A stretch of 64,000 nt of DNA. Source: Entomortierella parvispora E1425. Lineage: Eukaryota > Fungi > Mortierellomycota. Where the stretch lies: contig BQFW01000004.1 in assembly GCA_020891255.1 (NCBI GenBank), positions 1,612,001 to 1,676,000 of the forward strand, in the 5' to 3' direction. Shown piece after piece: positions 24,568 through 37,564 of this stretch; position 1 is the stretch's first letter, and every line of letters begins with the position of its first letter. Both the position numbers and the translations under genes were made by a program. The notes beneath the pieces are model-generated. The model was given only the letters and a program-made list of their open reading frames with translations, was not told where the DNA came from and ran no database searches.

Positions 24568-27500
24568 CTACCAATTCATGAAGACGATCACGACCGTGGA
24601 GATGACACCGACAAGACGCGTTGTCATTGTCATGGCCTTCAAAGCTGTACTGTCTGATCCCAAGTCCAGTTGAGCAGGACCGAACATCGGGACAGTGCCG
24701 TAGCCACCAGGGGCGTTCGAGTCCTTGTTACCAGCCGCAGGTGGGATTACCTTGTTGGGAACAGCTCGTTCGGGTGGACCGCCACCACCGCCTCCACTGC
24801 CTCCACCAAGGGGAACGTTCCCTTGAGGTACCTGAACCGGGTTGGCTTTTGCATTTCCTCCTCCCCCTCCTCCGCCGTTTGTGTTCTTGTTGGTCTGTCC
24901 CTTGTCTGCAATGTTCTTGTCCTTGTTCTTATCTTTGTTGCCCTTGTTCTTGTCCTTTGCCGGTTTATCGTCAAAGGTTTGGAATGGGTTCAGCTGTGGT
25001 TGCGCAAAGGGGTTCAAGTTGACTTGGTTGTGATGCTTCTTGTGACTCTTCTTGCCCTTTGTCCTGGCCACGTCCACTTCCACAGGGTCGACCATGGGTT
25101 TGGCGCCCTTGTTGGTATCGGCCCCAAAGATCTCATCAAACCTGTCTTGGAAGCCATCCTTGTTTTTGTTCTTTTTGTTCTTTTGACGGTTGCCATTGTC
25201 TCCTTCCAGAGCAGGCAGAGCAGCGGGTGCAAGATCCTGACCACGCCTCTCGTCTTCGCGAATGACTTGGGCCTCCATGCTGCCCTCTTTCGCTGGACGG
25301 TTCTTCTTGTTCTTCTTATCCGCATTCACGGCGAATTCATCCGCCTTCTTATTCGCCTTCTTGTTCCCTTTACGACCCCCGAGGGCTGAAATGTTGAGGT
25401 CGTCCTCAGGAACTTGGCGTTTTTGGAGCTTGAACGGCGCAATCTTTTTCTTGTTCTCGACCTCGTCCTCATCCTTATCCTCATCATCCTCACCCTCGTC
25501 CTCGTCCTCGTCCTCGTCCTCATCATCCTTACCCTCGTCCTCGTCCTCGTCCTCATCATCCTCATTGTCCTCATCGTCCTCATCGTCGTCAAGAAGAACA
25601 GGCGACTTTTTGATCGTGATGGGGTTTCCAGAGGCATCCAGAACGGCGTTATTCTTATTTCCGTCATCTTCATCGTCATCATCATCATCACCAACGTCCG
25701 ACAATCCCTCAGGATCATCTTCCTCTTCCTCCTCGTCGTCCTCATCCTTGTCTCCTGGTGGCACCACTGTCTCCTTGGGGCTTTCTTTGACCTTGGTGTT
25801 AATCGACTTGTCGTCGGTAGCAGGGGTGCTTACTTCAGGTGCGTCAGGAGAGGATTCAATACTAGGTGGGGTCGCGCCTGGGGTCACGGTATCATCCTGG
25901 GGCGCCGAGGGCGCGGTTCCGGCGGGTGCCTCTGGAAGGTCCTCTGGGGTAGAAGAAGCAGAATCTGGGGTCTGTGGCGAACCACCAGCGAGGGCATCTG
26001 GTAAGAGATCGTTCTTGTCCTTTTGGTCAGCGGGTTCGACTCTGTCCTCATCAGCCTCATCCGTCGTAGGGGGGGTCCCGTCGACCTTCTTGATATCGAT
26101 CCCCTGTTTTTCATCCTCATCTTCTTTCTGGTCATCATCATCGTCATCATCGTCATCGTCGTCCTCATCCTCCTTGGGACCGGGACCGGGTGTCGCGATC
26201 GTCTTGTCATCTTTGGAATCGGGCTTATCAGCCACCTTGGGATCGGGACCAGGTGTAGCGATCGTCTTGTCATCTTTGGAATCCGGCTCTTCAATCACCT
26301 TGGGACTGGGACCAGGTGTGGCGATCGTCTTGTCATCTTTGGAATCCGGCTCTTCCACCACCTTGGGATCGGGACCAGGTGTCGCGATTGTCTTGTCATC
26401 CTTGGAGTCTGGCTCTTCAATCACCTTGGGACCAGGACCAGGTGTCGCGATTGTCTTGTCATCTTTGGAATTTGGCTCTTCAATCATCTTGGGATCGGAA
26501 CCAGGTGTAGCGATCGTCTTGTCATCTTTGGAGTCCGGCTCTTCAACCACCTTGGGAGCGGGGCCAGGCGACATGATCGTCTTGTCATCTTTGGAATCCG
26601 GCTCTTCTACCACCTTGGGGGCGGGGCCAGGCGACGTGATCGTCTTGTCATCTTTGGAATCCGGCTCTTCAACCACCTTGGGATCGGGACCAGGTGTCGC
26701 GATCGTCTTGTCATCTTTGGAATCCGGCTCTTCAATCACCTTGGGATCGGAATCAGGTGTAGCGATCGTCTTGTCATCTTTGGAGTCCGGCTCTTCAACC
26801 ACCTTGGGAGAGGGGCCAGGCGACGTGATCGTCTTGTCATCTTTGGAATCCGGCTTATCAGCCACCTTGGGATCGGGACCAGGGGTGGCGATCGTCTTGT
26901 CATCTTTGGAATCCGGCTCTTCAACTATCTTGGGATCGGGACCAGGTGTAGCGATCGTCTTGTCACCTTTGGAATCCGGCTCATCCACCACCTTGGGATC
27001 GGGACCAGGTGTAGCGATCGTCTTGTCATCTTTGGAGTCCGGCTCTTCCACCACCTTGGGATCGGGATCAGGTGTCGCGATCGTTTTGTCGTCTTTGGAA
27101 TCCGGCTCCTCCACCACCTTGGTGATCGAAGGAGATACGGGAGGAGCAGCCACCACTGGTGCGGCGGGCTCAGGATCCGAGGAAGGACTCGTAGGAGCGT
27201 CCTGAATCACGGGCTTGATGTCGCCTTCTGTCACTGGTGGTGAGGGTGGGGCAGCGACGGGGGCAACTGGTTCTGGCTTGGCCACGGGCACAACGGGCTC
27301 TGATTCCGTCACAGGTTCCACAGGTTCTGGTTTCGCTACGGGCACAGATGGGGTGTTGCCTGGTGTCAAGGGATGATCGGCCTCTGTGGAAGGTGGTGGG
27401 GGCTGTTGACCGTGGGTCGTCTCGGGCTCCTTTTGTAGAGGTGACACAGGGAGGACGGTGGGGATCTTGGTCTTGTCGTCGATTGCCGCCACTGGGGGAG

Positions 27501-29023
27501 CAGGAGGAGGGAAAGAGGGGGATTGAGGAGAGTCGAAGACTGCCTGAGGTGCATTGACAATGGGATGGGCAGGAGGTGAAGGTGCGACATGAGTAGGTGC
27601 GACAGAAGTTGGTGCGACAGAAGTAGGCACATGTGGTGCTTGTGTGGCTTCTTGAGCTGGGACTGGCGGTGTCTGACTGTTAGGCCTTTGAATAGGAAGA
27701 GTGATGGGCCGGGGATGGAGAGGACCGCTATGAATGGGAGGAAGGACCGGTGTCGGGTTGGGGTGACCGGGCTGGGGGTCGATGTGAGTGGTCAGAGGAC
27801 CCACTGGAGGGCGAGTGGGATCAGGAGAAGGTTTACCAGGGAGGGGGAGTGGAAGGGTATGGGTGCGAGGAGGGTCCGGCACAAGCGTTGGTGGCGGCGA
27901 CGGCGATGGTGGAGGATCTGAAGCGCGTCCTGTTTGAGAATAATCAAGCTGGTCAGCATTCACGCGTCATGTTTCAATCAGAAAAGCAAAGGTGGAAGAG
28001 GACAAGGGATTCTTTCGCACCTGTGGTTGGCGGAGGATTGTGCCCATGATGCAGACCGCCGCGGTTCTTTCCACCCTTTCGGCCCTTTCGGCCCTTTCGG
28101 ACTCGGTGCCCTGTTTTGTGGACAGCTTGCCTACCAGCCTCGACTACTGGTATGTTCTTTCCCTTGTTGTGTCCTCGTCTGGCTCCCTTGCGATGAACAT
28201 GTCTATTCTTCACGCCTTGCTTGCGATTCTTTCGCACCTTCTTCTTGTTCTTGTTTTTCTTTCCAGTCCTACCCGTTCGGGATTTTGCAAATTCAAGATC
28301 ATCCTCATCATCCTCCCACTCCCCTTCACTCGGATAACTGGCTCGACGATGAAGAGTTTTGTGATGATGATGATGATGATCGAGCTTGGCAATGACCGTC
28401 TGAGGTTTCTTTTCCTGGACACTCTTTTCTTGCTGTTCCTCCTGTTCCTGATCCTCTCCATGTTCAGTGCTATGAACGCCTGTGGTCAAAGCCGCAACAC
28501 CTGCTTGCAAAGTAGGCTCGTTGTCGCCCAAATGCACAATGCCTTTCCAAAGATTGGCCAGATACGTCTCTGTTTGGGCCTGTTCCTCTTCTGACAAGAT
28601 CACTTTGCCCAAAGTCTCGTTGGCGAGCTCCCCAATCTTTTTACCCTTTTCGACCGCCAATTTCTCGATTTTCCGGACTTGTTCCTTGGTGAGGAAGACC
28701 TTGTTTTTTTTATCTTTGCTTGCATGGTCTTTGCTGGAGGTGTCTTTGGTCGAGGTGTCCGAGCCTTTCTTCGCGTCGCTGGAAGAAGAGGATGTGTCTG
28801 TGGTGATCTCTGCTCGGGTATGGACGACGGGTGGAGGCTGCGGTCGTTGTTGTAGTTGAACAAGTTGATCGGATGGGGCCAAGGAGGGTTCCAGAAGGGA
28901 CTCTGTCGCCGACGTGCCTGCTGTCTCGGCAAGGACGATGGACTGGAGGAGTAGGGCTGTTCCGAGGAGCAAGATCAGTCTCGGCGGACGAGCCCGACCC
29001 GCCACCTTTGGATGCCTCTCCAT
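24568..29023 (-). CDS. Large (~1454 aa) secreted, probably GPI-anchored, repeat-rich cell-surface protein
   Basis: Exons 29023-28021 and 27929-24568 join in phase 1. Hydrophobic signal LILLLGTALLLQSIVLA; C-terminal DSTAL..LVGVISTVVIVFMNW GPI-like tail; Pro-rich, repeat, acidic and basic blocks. Confidence 0.8.
26176..27120 (-). repeat. Coding minisatellite, 15 x 63 bp (21-aa unit KVVEEPDSKDDKTIATPGPDP)
   Basis: 15 units counted in the translation. The 63-bp period is visible in the DNA. Confidence 0.95.
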
Positions 29024-29648
29024 TTTGACGATTGTAGTGATTTTTTTTTTAAAAGACTACCTCCGAAGAAGCAGATAGAGAGAGGAAAGGATATGTATAA
29101 CTGAGAAGCAATCGAGGTCAATAGAGACGGTGAGAAATCGATGAGGGATGGTGGGGGGGAAAGGGAGGATGAGAGAGAAAAAAAAAAGAGTAGAACATGG
29201 CAAGCCCTGCAAGGTACAGGCCCTCCGATCATCCTTTCAGCAGGGAAGGATGGAGAGGGCAGATGTTCACTTTTTTGCGTTCCAAATCGCGGTTTGGCCT
29301 GAAAACGGTGAATTTATTTTTTTCCTTGGTTATTTCGTCTCGGGTCGAGGAATGCCCCTCTCCGTCCCCCTCTCCTTTCGCCCCACCCACTCCAGAGGAA
29401 TAACAATCTCAAAGACCCCAGTCAAATGTTTTGACAAGATGCGAGTCCCATTTTTTTTTTTTAAAAAAAATGTTATTATTGATATGAACTAAGGATATGT
29501 TTTTTGAAATTCTAAAACAGCAAGAGCGGATGATGGGGGTTTTTTTGTAAACTAGTGAGGGCACTGTAGAGGAGCGAAGGGAAGGAAGGAATGGGGGGAA
29601 AAAAACAAGCAACAAAATGAGTAGATGGACATGAGATTGATTTTTTTT

Positions 29649-32600
29649 TTACTGAGAATCTTCCGAGCGATCCAAAGGAGGTTGGGGCATCGGTGATTCA
29701 TTTTGAGCAGCTCCGGCAGCCATCATGAGCATGGGAGACGGCGCCCGGGTATCAATCGAAGCCAGGCGGGGTCCTCCGGGGGGCGGGGGAGGAGGCGTGT
29801 AGCTCGAGGTGGCCAGGTTGCTGCTCAGTTTGGGCGAAGACGTGAACTGTCTCTGCGGGGGGATGAAGGAGCCAGACATCCGATGGTCCTGACCAGGTCC
29901 GCCATAAGGCGAGGCACCGTAGAGAGAGTACTGGGACACTCTCTGGCGCCCAATATTCCCGCCAGGCGTAGGTGTGTGCATGTTGAGCAGAGGAATCGAG
30001 TCCATGCTGGGCACAGCGTAACCAGGGTCCGACAGCTGGTATCCCGTCGATCCATGGGCGCCATGGCGACCCGCAAAAGGTTGGGCACTGTCGCTGGTCT
30101 TGCGCGAGTTGGAGCTTTCGTCCGAGAGATCCTCCTCGCGGACATGGGTCATCCAGTCCTCGCCAGAGTCCGAGACCAGGAACTGAGGCGTGGGCAGACC
30201 CGCCAAGATGGCGGCCTTTTGACGGCGCTCACGCTCCCATTCACCCCAACGCTTCATCACAATGTGAGAACTGTCAAACTGACCCTCCTTGCCTCCATGA
30301 TCGGCGCCTGCCACTTCTCCAGCCACCATACGGGTCTGGCCCCATGAGAAATCGTCAAAGTGCCAGTAGGCATAGGCGGGCAGGACAAAGTTCCAGACAA
30401 AAAGCGAGGCCAGGTACACCATCATCCAACTGACATAGATCAGCTTGCGGGACGTCATGACGATCAAAACGGCCGGCAAACCCAGAATGGCGGCCAGCAG
30501 CAACAGGGGCACGGTCGTGTTGGGGATATTGGGGTCGTGCGAGATGGCCTTGTAGATTGAGATGGTCACCAGGTAAATCGTGAAGGAAATGGCAGCGGGC
30601 AGGACCACCGTTCCGACCAACTCCATGAAAATGACAAACTGCATCGAGAAACAGAACGTTCCGCAAAGATCGCGCACCAGGACCAGCTCCAACAGGTTGT
30701 GAATCGTAGAGTTGATCCAACGACGGCGCTGGGACAACAGAATCTTGAATGTATCAGGGACAACGGTCTTGCAAATGGCTTGAGGGACAAACATCATCTT
30801 GCGCTTGGGGAAGGTTCGGAGCATGAGCGTACTGAGGTAACGATCCTCACCCAGAAGCAGCAGGTTCTTCTTGTGGAGCGTGTCCACCACGTTCTCAGAG
30901 TAATGCTCGACAATATCGGGGTTGGCAAGGATAGGCACCCAGTAACCATTGGGGCCCTTGGGAGCCTTGATACGGTACATGCAGAAGCATCCGGGCAAGC
31001 AAGTAACACCACCAAACATGGTCTCGAAGGCCTTGGACATGTGATGGGAAATATAGTACTCAAAGACCTGGATCATGGTCACCCAGGACTGGGTCTTGTT
31101 GGCAATCTTGGTTTCACCGCAGAGACCCATGATCTCTGGATCGTGAGCCATGGTGGCGACCATTCTTGACAACGAGTCTGGGAAGACCTTTGTATCAGCG
31201 TCCACCTGTTGTAAGCAAACATGAAATATTAAAAGTTAGTACCTCAATCAGCTTCCAACATTTCCTCAGCAGAAAAAAAGGGACTCTAGGACTTTACCAT
31301 CAAAACAATCTCATATCGGTCGGGAGCGACTCCGGTCACACGCCAGATGGTGTTGAACAGCTCATACTCGAACGACGTCATACGCTCGTCAAACATGACA
31401 TGCTGCAAGAAACTCATCAAGATGATCTGAGAGTCGCGCTTGCCACGGTTACCGGGCTTGGGCATGTTTTGCTCCGTGGGACCTCCGACCTTGACAATGA
31501 TACACATGGGCACACGCTTCTGCATCTGCTTGTTCGAGACCGTGGAATCGTCGTACTTGTAGAATCCGGCATAGACCTTGGCCATGTTGTGACGCTTGGT
31601 ACCATCCGCAATCGCCACGTACGAATGCGCAATCACATCGTCCCGAGGCACCAAATCGTCGCACATCATGGACAAGCAAATATCGGGCGTCGACATGTTG
31701 TTGCCTGCACCGATAATCATACCATCGCAAATGACCACAATGAGCTTGTGCGAGTTGGGATAGTCTGTGGTCGCGATCGAATCCAGAGTGGTGCGGAGAC
31801 CGTCGATGCCCTCAGAGTAACAAGTGACAAGCGCCATGGTGTGGATCAGAGGAAAGTTGAAGGGCTGGTAAGACAGAGGCGGGGCTGGGACAACAAAGGG
31901 TGACAGGGGGAGAGGGCAATTGGAGTGCTGCTGCGTGGCCGTCGAGGACGAAGTCGAGGATCGACGGGACGTGTTCCTGACGCCACTAAAACTGGCCACA
32001 CTCGAGGGTCGCAACATTCCGTTGATGGGTGGAGGTGAAGGAGGAGGGGTGCCGTTGGCTCCGGGCATTCCAGGCTGGAAGTAGGAGGCCCTTTGCAAGG
32101 AGCTGGTCGAGGGAGTCAAGAATGCAGCATTCGCACCAGGAGAGCCAGGGGGTGTAAAGGGCTTGAAGACGCTGGTGGGACGGTTAAAGGTCGAAAGGGG
32201 TCTGGAGCTGGGTTGTCCGAGAGAAGGCGCGGCAAGGACACCGTTGGATCCATTGGCGACAGTGGGCGTGAAGCGAGAGGTGGAGGGGAACATGGTCTGT
32301 CTCTTGACATTGCCAAAAGCGGGCTTGTGGATGTCAGAACTCCATGCTTCGATCTGCTCGGCACGTTGGATGCGGTCCTGATATGTCTCGTTGTCGAACC
32401 CACCCAGACGGTGGCCCAAGAACCAGCCGAAAAAGACGGCCAAGAAGAACTTGATAAAGACAACGCCCAAAATGATCACAAGGGAGACGTACGTGATGAC
32501 GTCCGAGGTCATGCATCCGATGGTCTTTGAATCCAATGCGCCGACACGAGCGATCTGCTTGAGACACGCGCCTATACCTGTCATCTTTTTTTGAACAAAA

Positions 32601-33931
32601 TAGAACGACAGATCCCTTTGGAGAGCGATGGAGCCGTTCCGGAGGGCCTGCATGCCATCATCCACGCTGAACTCTGGTTTGATCCAGCTCAGGATGGCCG
32701 CGTCAATCACATCGCCGTCGTAAGCAAAGAATTGGCGACTAGTGTCCGAAATGTTGTTCCAGGTGTAGTAGGCAGGTGCGTTGGCTTGCGTCTTCAAAGA
32801 GGCCCAGAAGGTCCTGTCAGCTGTAGGCAAGTGACAGCCGTTGCCGCTTGGGTTGATAGTGGTGTTGGGTGCAGTGTAGCCGACAATACTTCGCATGACA
32901 CAAGGGAAGTATAAATTCGCCTGGTTGTCCGTAGGCGACGCAGGGGTGGTTCGTGTGATGATGCCGTCGCAAGCACCGCCCACAGGATCCTGGAAAAGAA
33001 AAGAAGCATCCATTCCACTAGCAGCGTATCCAGGGACGTTCATGATATCAACGTTTTGGTTATCGATATTCATGTTCACTGGGGGATGTTGCCAGTGAAT
33101 GCCGGTGCCTTCACCATTAAAGTCAAAGTAGTAGCCCATGCCCTGGACAATGACATTGTCTTCCGAACCGGCAACAAAATTTTGACTGGTGTCCTGCCTG
33201 CAAAGAGCCGCCTGCAGTCCAAAGGTCAAAAAGGCTACAGCCAACACCATGACGAAAATCAACGATACCAGTGCGATCTTCTCGCGCCATGCCTTTTGAA
33301 TTTCAAGAGTGTGCATGCCTATTGGGATAAAAGAATGTCAGCGATCATGTTCAAATGAGGCATAAATCAACAAAGACATTCACCCCGACAATGAGGGTTC
33401 TATCCACTTACCACAAGACTTTAAAAGTGCAGCTGGGAAACAGCAGGTAATGGCATTGTAGTAGATGACCCAAGTAGAGGGCCACTCCCTCGTTGCCTTC
33501 TTGAGCGGGTTCTTCAGTTCGGGGATGGCGATGCGTTTTTGAGGATTTACCGGTTTTGGTTTTACTCGAGGTTGGCCAGGTTTTTCTGGTTCGCGACCGA
33601 GCACACTCTTGCCGCGTCGTACAACCCCCGTCCGACCCAGAGGAGCTCCCGTGGGATCTGTTCCTGTCGTTGAGGCCAGGACCTTGACACCAGAGCCATC
33701 CAAGTTTTGTGTGGCATTTCTGTAGTAGTATTGGGGATGGTTGCGATCAACACGTTCACGCTCGGGTCTGACCAAGGACTTTTGTCGCTTGAAGTTTGTG
33801 GTTGGCCGACGATTAGGCGCGTTCGAGTTGTCAATGCTGAGGGATGGACCCGCCCCCTGTGATCGACGGCCCTGAGGCTCCTCATAGGAAAGACTACTTG
33901 GGTTCTCCACGTCCTGATATGCGGTGTTCAT
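29649..33931 (-). CDS. Chitin synthase, class IV (Chs3-like), 3 exons
   Basis: Exons 33931-33412, 33318-31298 and 31205-29649. Motifs [48 protein letters not shown]. Confidence 0.95.
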
Positions 33932-36900
33932 GATGAAAAGTGAAAGAACGACTCTACAATCTTTTTTGGTAGAATGAAAGCAAAGAGAAAAAAAAAGGGG
34001 GGGGGGGGGGGGGGGGGGAGGGGAGGAGAAAGAAATGGTTAGTCCAAGGAACGATGAACACGCCGGAAAAAAAAACGGGTCATTTTGTTCAGGTGCGACG
34101 TGCTTGGGCTGACATTTTCGTAGTCAGGGCCAGGGGGGTGGGGAGTGAAAGGGAGGTGCGCTGAGGGTTATTTTAAAAATAGGGATATGATATGGAAAAA
34201 TGACCGGCAGCCAATATCAGCAATAACCCAAACTGTGAACTCCTATGCATCCACTTTGACCCTTTTGGTCGGAACATGAGCATGGGAGCACAGACAGAAA
34301 AGATGAGCACCTGGACACCCGCGATCCCCGATTGAGAAATCGGCTGTCTGGCTGGGTTCAGACCTCAAGGGACAAGGCGGTTTCAGAGGCTCTAGGGTCC
34401 TAGCCCGTCCGAAAAGAGAATGAAAACGAAAAAAAAGAAAGAGGGGACAGAAGGGGGGTGCGAGCGGGGAAGAGAGTGGGGAGAACGAAACAGAAAGAGA
34501 AGGAATGACTGGAAAAAAAACGAACCGCCCCAACAGCAAAAGAGTTACAAAAATAAAAATGACCGTATGACCGTGCAGGGCATGATGGATGGATGGGCGA
34601 GTGGGCTTGTGTGTGATGGAATGCGTGGGGGAGGGCAAGCGCAGGTCAGGGACAGAGAAGAGGCAGTGACGATCGTTGCTGGCCACGATGGGATCAGTCA
34701 AGGAAGAGAGGGAAGGGTTCTTTTTATCCGACTTCTTTGGACCCTTGGGGCGACGGGAGGGGCATTCAGGGCAAAGGACAACAGGACAAACACAGACGCA
34801 GACGCAGGTTGGGTTGCGCGACAATGCAACTGCAATTGATGAAAAGGAACGACAACAAACAAGTGGGGGCCAGATCCAACCTCTCTTTCTCTCCGTCTCT
34901 CTCTCCGTACTAGACGACCGTTGTGGACCAGAGTTTCCGCCCGATTGGACTTTACGTCCTGCATGACGACACCATGTCCTCTTCCCTTGTTTGCGTTTTG
35001 CGTGCGTTTGTGCGGTGATGATGATGATAATGGAGGTGACCCAAAGAAAACAAAGCACAAGCTGCACCCATTTTCCGTCCCATTGTGATGGTGTCTAATA
35101 TTAGCGAGAGCCTTGTTGCTGTTATGCTGATGAGGGTTGCACGGGTCGCAATGTTTACACCCCTCTCTTCCCTGTGGTTGCCGCATCGGTATTGCTCTTC
35201 GCCTGTACGCTGTTGTCGCCCGTTTTTTTTTTTTTTTTGGAGACGAAACAACCGGCGTCCTCAATACTGGTGAGGGAAAAAGATGGCGGTTGTGGTTCGA
35301 AAGGAAAGGAAGAGCAGAAGGTGGACTGTACCTGATATGATCGAGAGGAAAGGTGTGGGCTAAATTACAGGGGTCCTCGGGTCTTGCGCTGTGTGGTGTG
35401 TGGTGTACGGTCGGGTAGTGAGAGGCGGCAGGTCGAGAGGAGGGAGGCGAGGCGGTGGTTCTTCGTTAATTAAAAGTGTACAGCGTAATATGGTAGATAA
35501 TGTACATGTGCCAAAGTGTGTGAGAGAGCGAGTAGAGACAGGAGAAGAGTGGTAGCGGGAGGAGTATGGATCCACGCGAGAAGAAGGTGCAGGAAAGAGG
35601 AGCGAGCGGAGGTGCAGAAAAGTGAGTATGCACAGGAAAGTACAAAGGGCTGAGCGACAGTGCTTCCTTGAGGTGCAGGGGAAAGAGATGTTGCGATTGA
35701 AGAAGAGAGAGAGAGAAAAGAAAGAGAAAAGGAAAAGGAAAAGGAAAAAAAAAAAAAAAAAAAAAAAAAAAGAGAGGAAAAGGGGTGGCTAGGTGAAGAA
35801 GAGAAAGAAGAGGAAAGGCGAGGGCCAGAAGGACAAACAGAAAAGACGAAGGAACGGGAACGATACAAAGGGAATGAAGGGAACAATCCAAAAGACACAA
35901 TCAAATAAACTGCCCTCCAGTCCCACCACACGCACGCTGAGCTGAGCTGAATCTTAAGGCTATATTTGCGAGAGCAGTTTGTCCACAAACAACCAGGCAC
36001 AGGGAGAAAGCAGGCAAGGATATCCTTGTTGTCATCTGTCGATGATACACCAGGGAGTCGCGACTCTGGCCGCTATCTCTTCAGGCCTGCCATGTCGGGC
36101 CCCCCTTCCCCTGTCGCTCAATTGATCCCTCTTTACAGGATGCGTGTGCTGTTGTCGTTGTCGTTCCTTCATTCATAATTTGCGCATCAATTTGGATATT
36201 TTTTAAACCCCTTCGAGCGATATTCCACCGTCCGTTGCGTTTTTTGCACTGAATGGGCCAACAACCACTGGCGGAATGAAAAAAGGAAAAAGGTGGCCGG
36301 GGTCACTGAGAAACAGGCCAGCGGTGGGGCAAGCAAAGAAAGAAAAGGAAAAACTGCCGAGGCTCCACTGTGCGTGGGGCCAAGTGCGCGAGCAGCTCAA
36401 ACTGGGGGGACCAGGAAAGAAAAAAGTGGTCGAGGGGGGCAGGTGCAGAGGGGGCGGGTGGCAGAGCAAGGACCAATGGATAAATGTCACTGCGGGGAAA
36501 GGAGTGAGACCGCCGTAGCAAGGCTGCATGATGGGAGGGAAAACGTTACCTGCAGTGCGCAGAGTGAGAGCAGAGCGCGGAGCGAGAAAACGCGAAGAGG
36601 AACGATGGGGATGGGGGGGGGGGAGGATGTGGTGATGTAAAGAACGGGTCGGGCAGGGACCTGTGGGTGCAGCGAGGGGAGGACGAAGGAAAGGGGGGGA
36701 GGGTTGCGGTTTCAGCGCACAGGGCCAGCGCGTGGGGAAGGGGACCGATGGGATTGGAGATGAATGAGATGAAAAGGATGGCGATGAATGGCGATGAGGC
36801 TGGGGGGGAGGATGTCCTTCTGTTTCCTTCACTTCTGTCGACGGACAGAAACACCCACAGAGTTTCGGGTATTGTCCTCGAAAAGAGCCGCCTGTCTGTG

Positions 36901-37045
36901 TTTATGGCCGGGGGCCGTGGACGCAGATTGGGTACGTCGAGAGATCATTAATGAAATTTATGCAGGCAGACAGAGAGCAGGCAGGGGTGCCCGTTCGGGG
37001 GCGGGGCGGGCTAACTGTACGTGCTGGCTGGCTCGAGATCTTTCT

Positions 37046-37130
37046 TGACCTGAGCTGACCTGAGCTGACCTGAACGGACCTGAAAAGACCTGTCCTGACT
37101 TTGACCCCTGACAGGACAGGACAGGACAGG
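37046..37130. repeat. GACCTG core repeated 5 times at 10-bp spacing, followed by (ACAGG)n
   Basis: tgacctgagc tgacctgagc tgacctgaac ggacctgaaa agacctgtcc, about 450 bp upstream of the S27a gene. Confidence 0.8.
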
Positions 37131-37564
37131 ATCAAAGATGCTGGACTGGCTGGGCGGAGTGGCAAAAAAAACGATTTTTGATTTTGATTTTTCAACTCGC
37201 GTTTGCACGTGACTTGCAGCTGCGACGATCAGACGTGGTCCGGTGACGTGAAACAGCCGCTGTTTTCGTGGGACTGGCCTTGCAGGCCTGGCCAGGGTAA
37301 AACAGCGCTCGGTGCGCTTCCCTTGCTCGGTCCTTCCTTTCTTCTTCAATGTAAGATCCTGACAATGTTGCGTGATCGGATCCAGGACCAACAGCTCAAG
37401 TCTCGCCACGGGATCACCATGCTGGACACAAAGACATTCGCATGCAATCATCAGAGATGCAGGATCATCATCCAGCCATCATCATCATCATCTCGACACA
37501 GACATCATTGTCATTCCTGCAATGGCAAGCGTCTAACCATCATCCAATCCTTCTCTTAGTCAAG

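Noticed and set aside
26176-27120. CRISPR-like regular repeat
   Set aside because: Contiguous tandem coding units with no unique spacers, in a eukaryotic gene.
25262-27243. 647-aa Ser-rich and 406-aa ORFs on the + strand
   Set aside because: Antisense shadows of the stop-free 63-bp repeat and acidic tracts of the minus-strand gene.
31166-31903. 245-aa + strand ORF
   Set aside because: Antisense to chitin synthase exons; a by-product of codon bias.
34243-37450. Long ORFs between chitin synthase and S27a
   Set aside because: They translate homopolymer and SSR tracts, with no domain or codon-like signal; probably promoter/UTR sequence.
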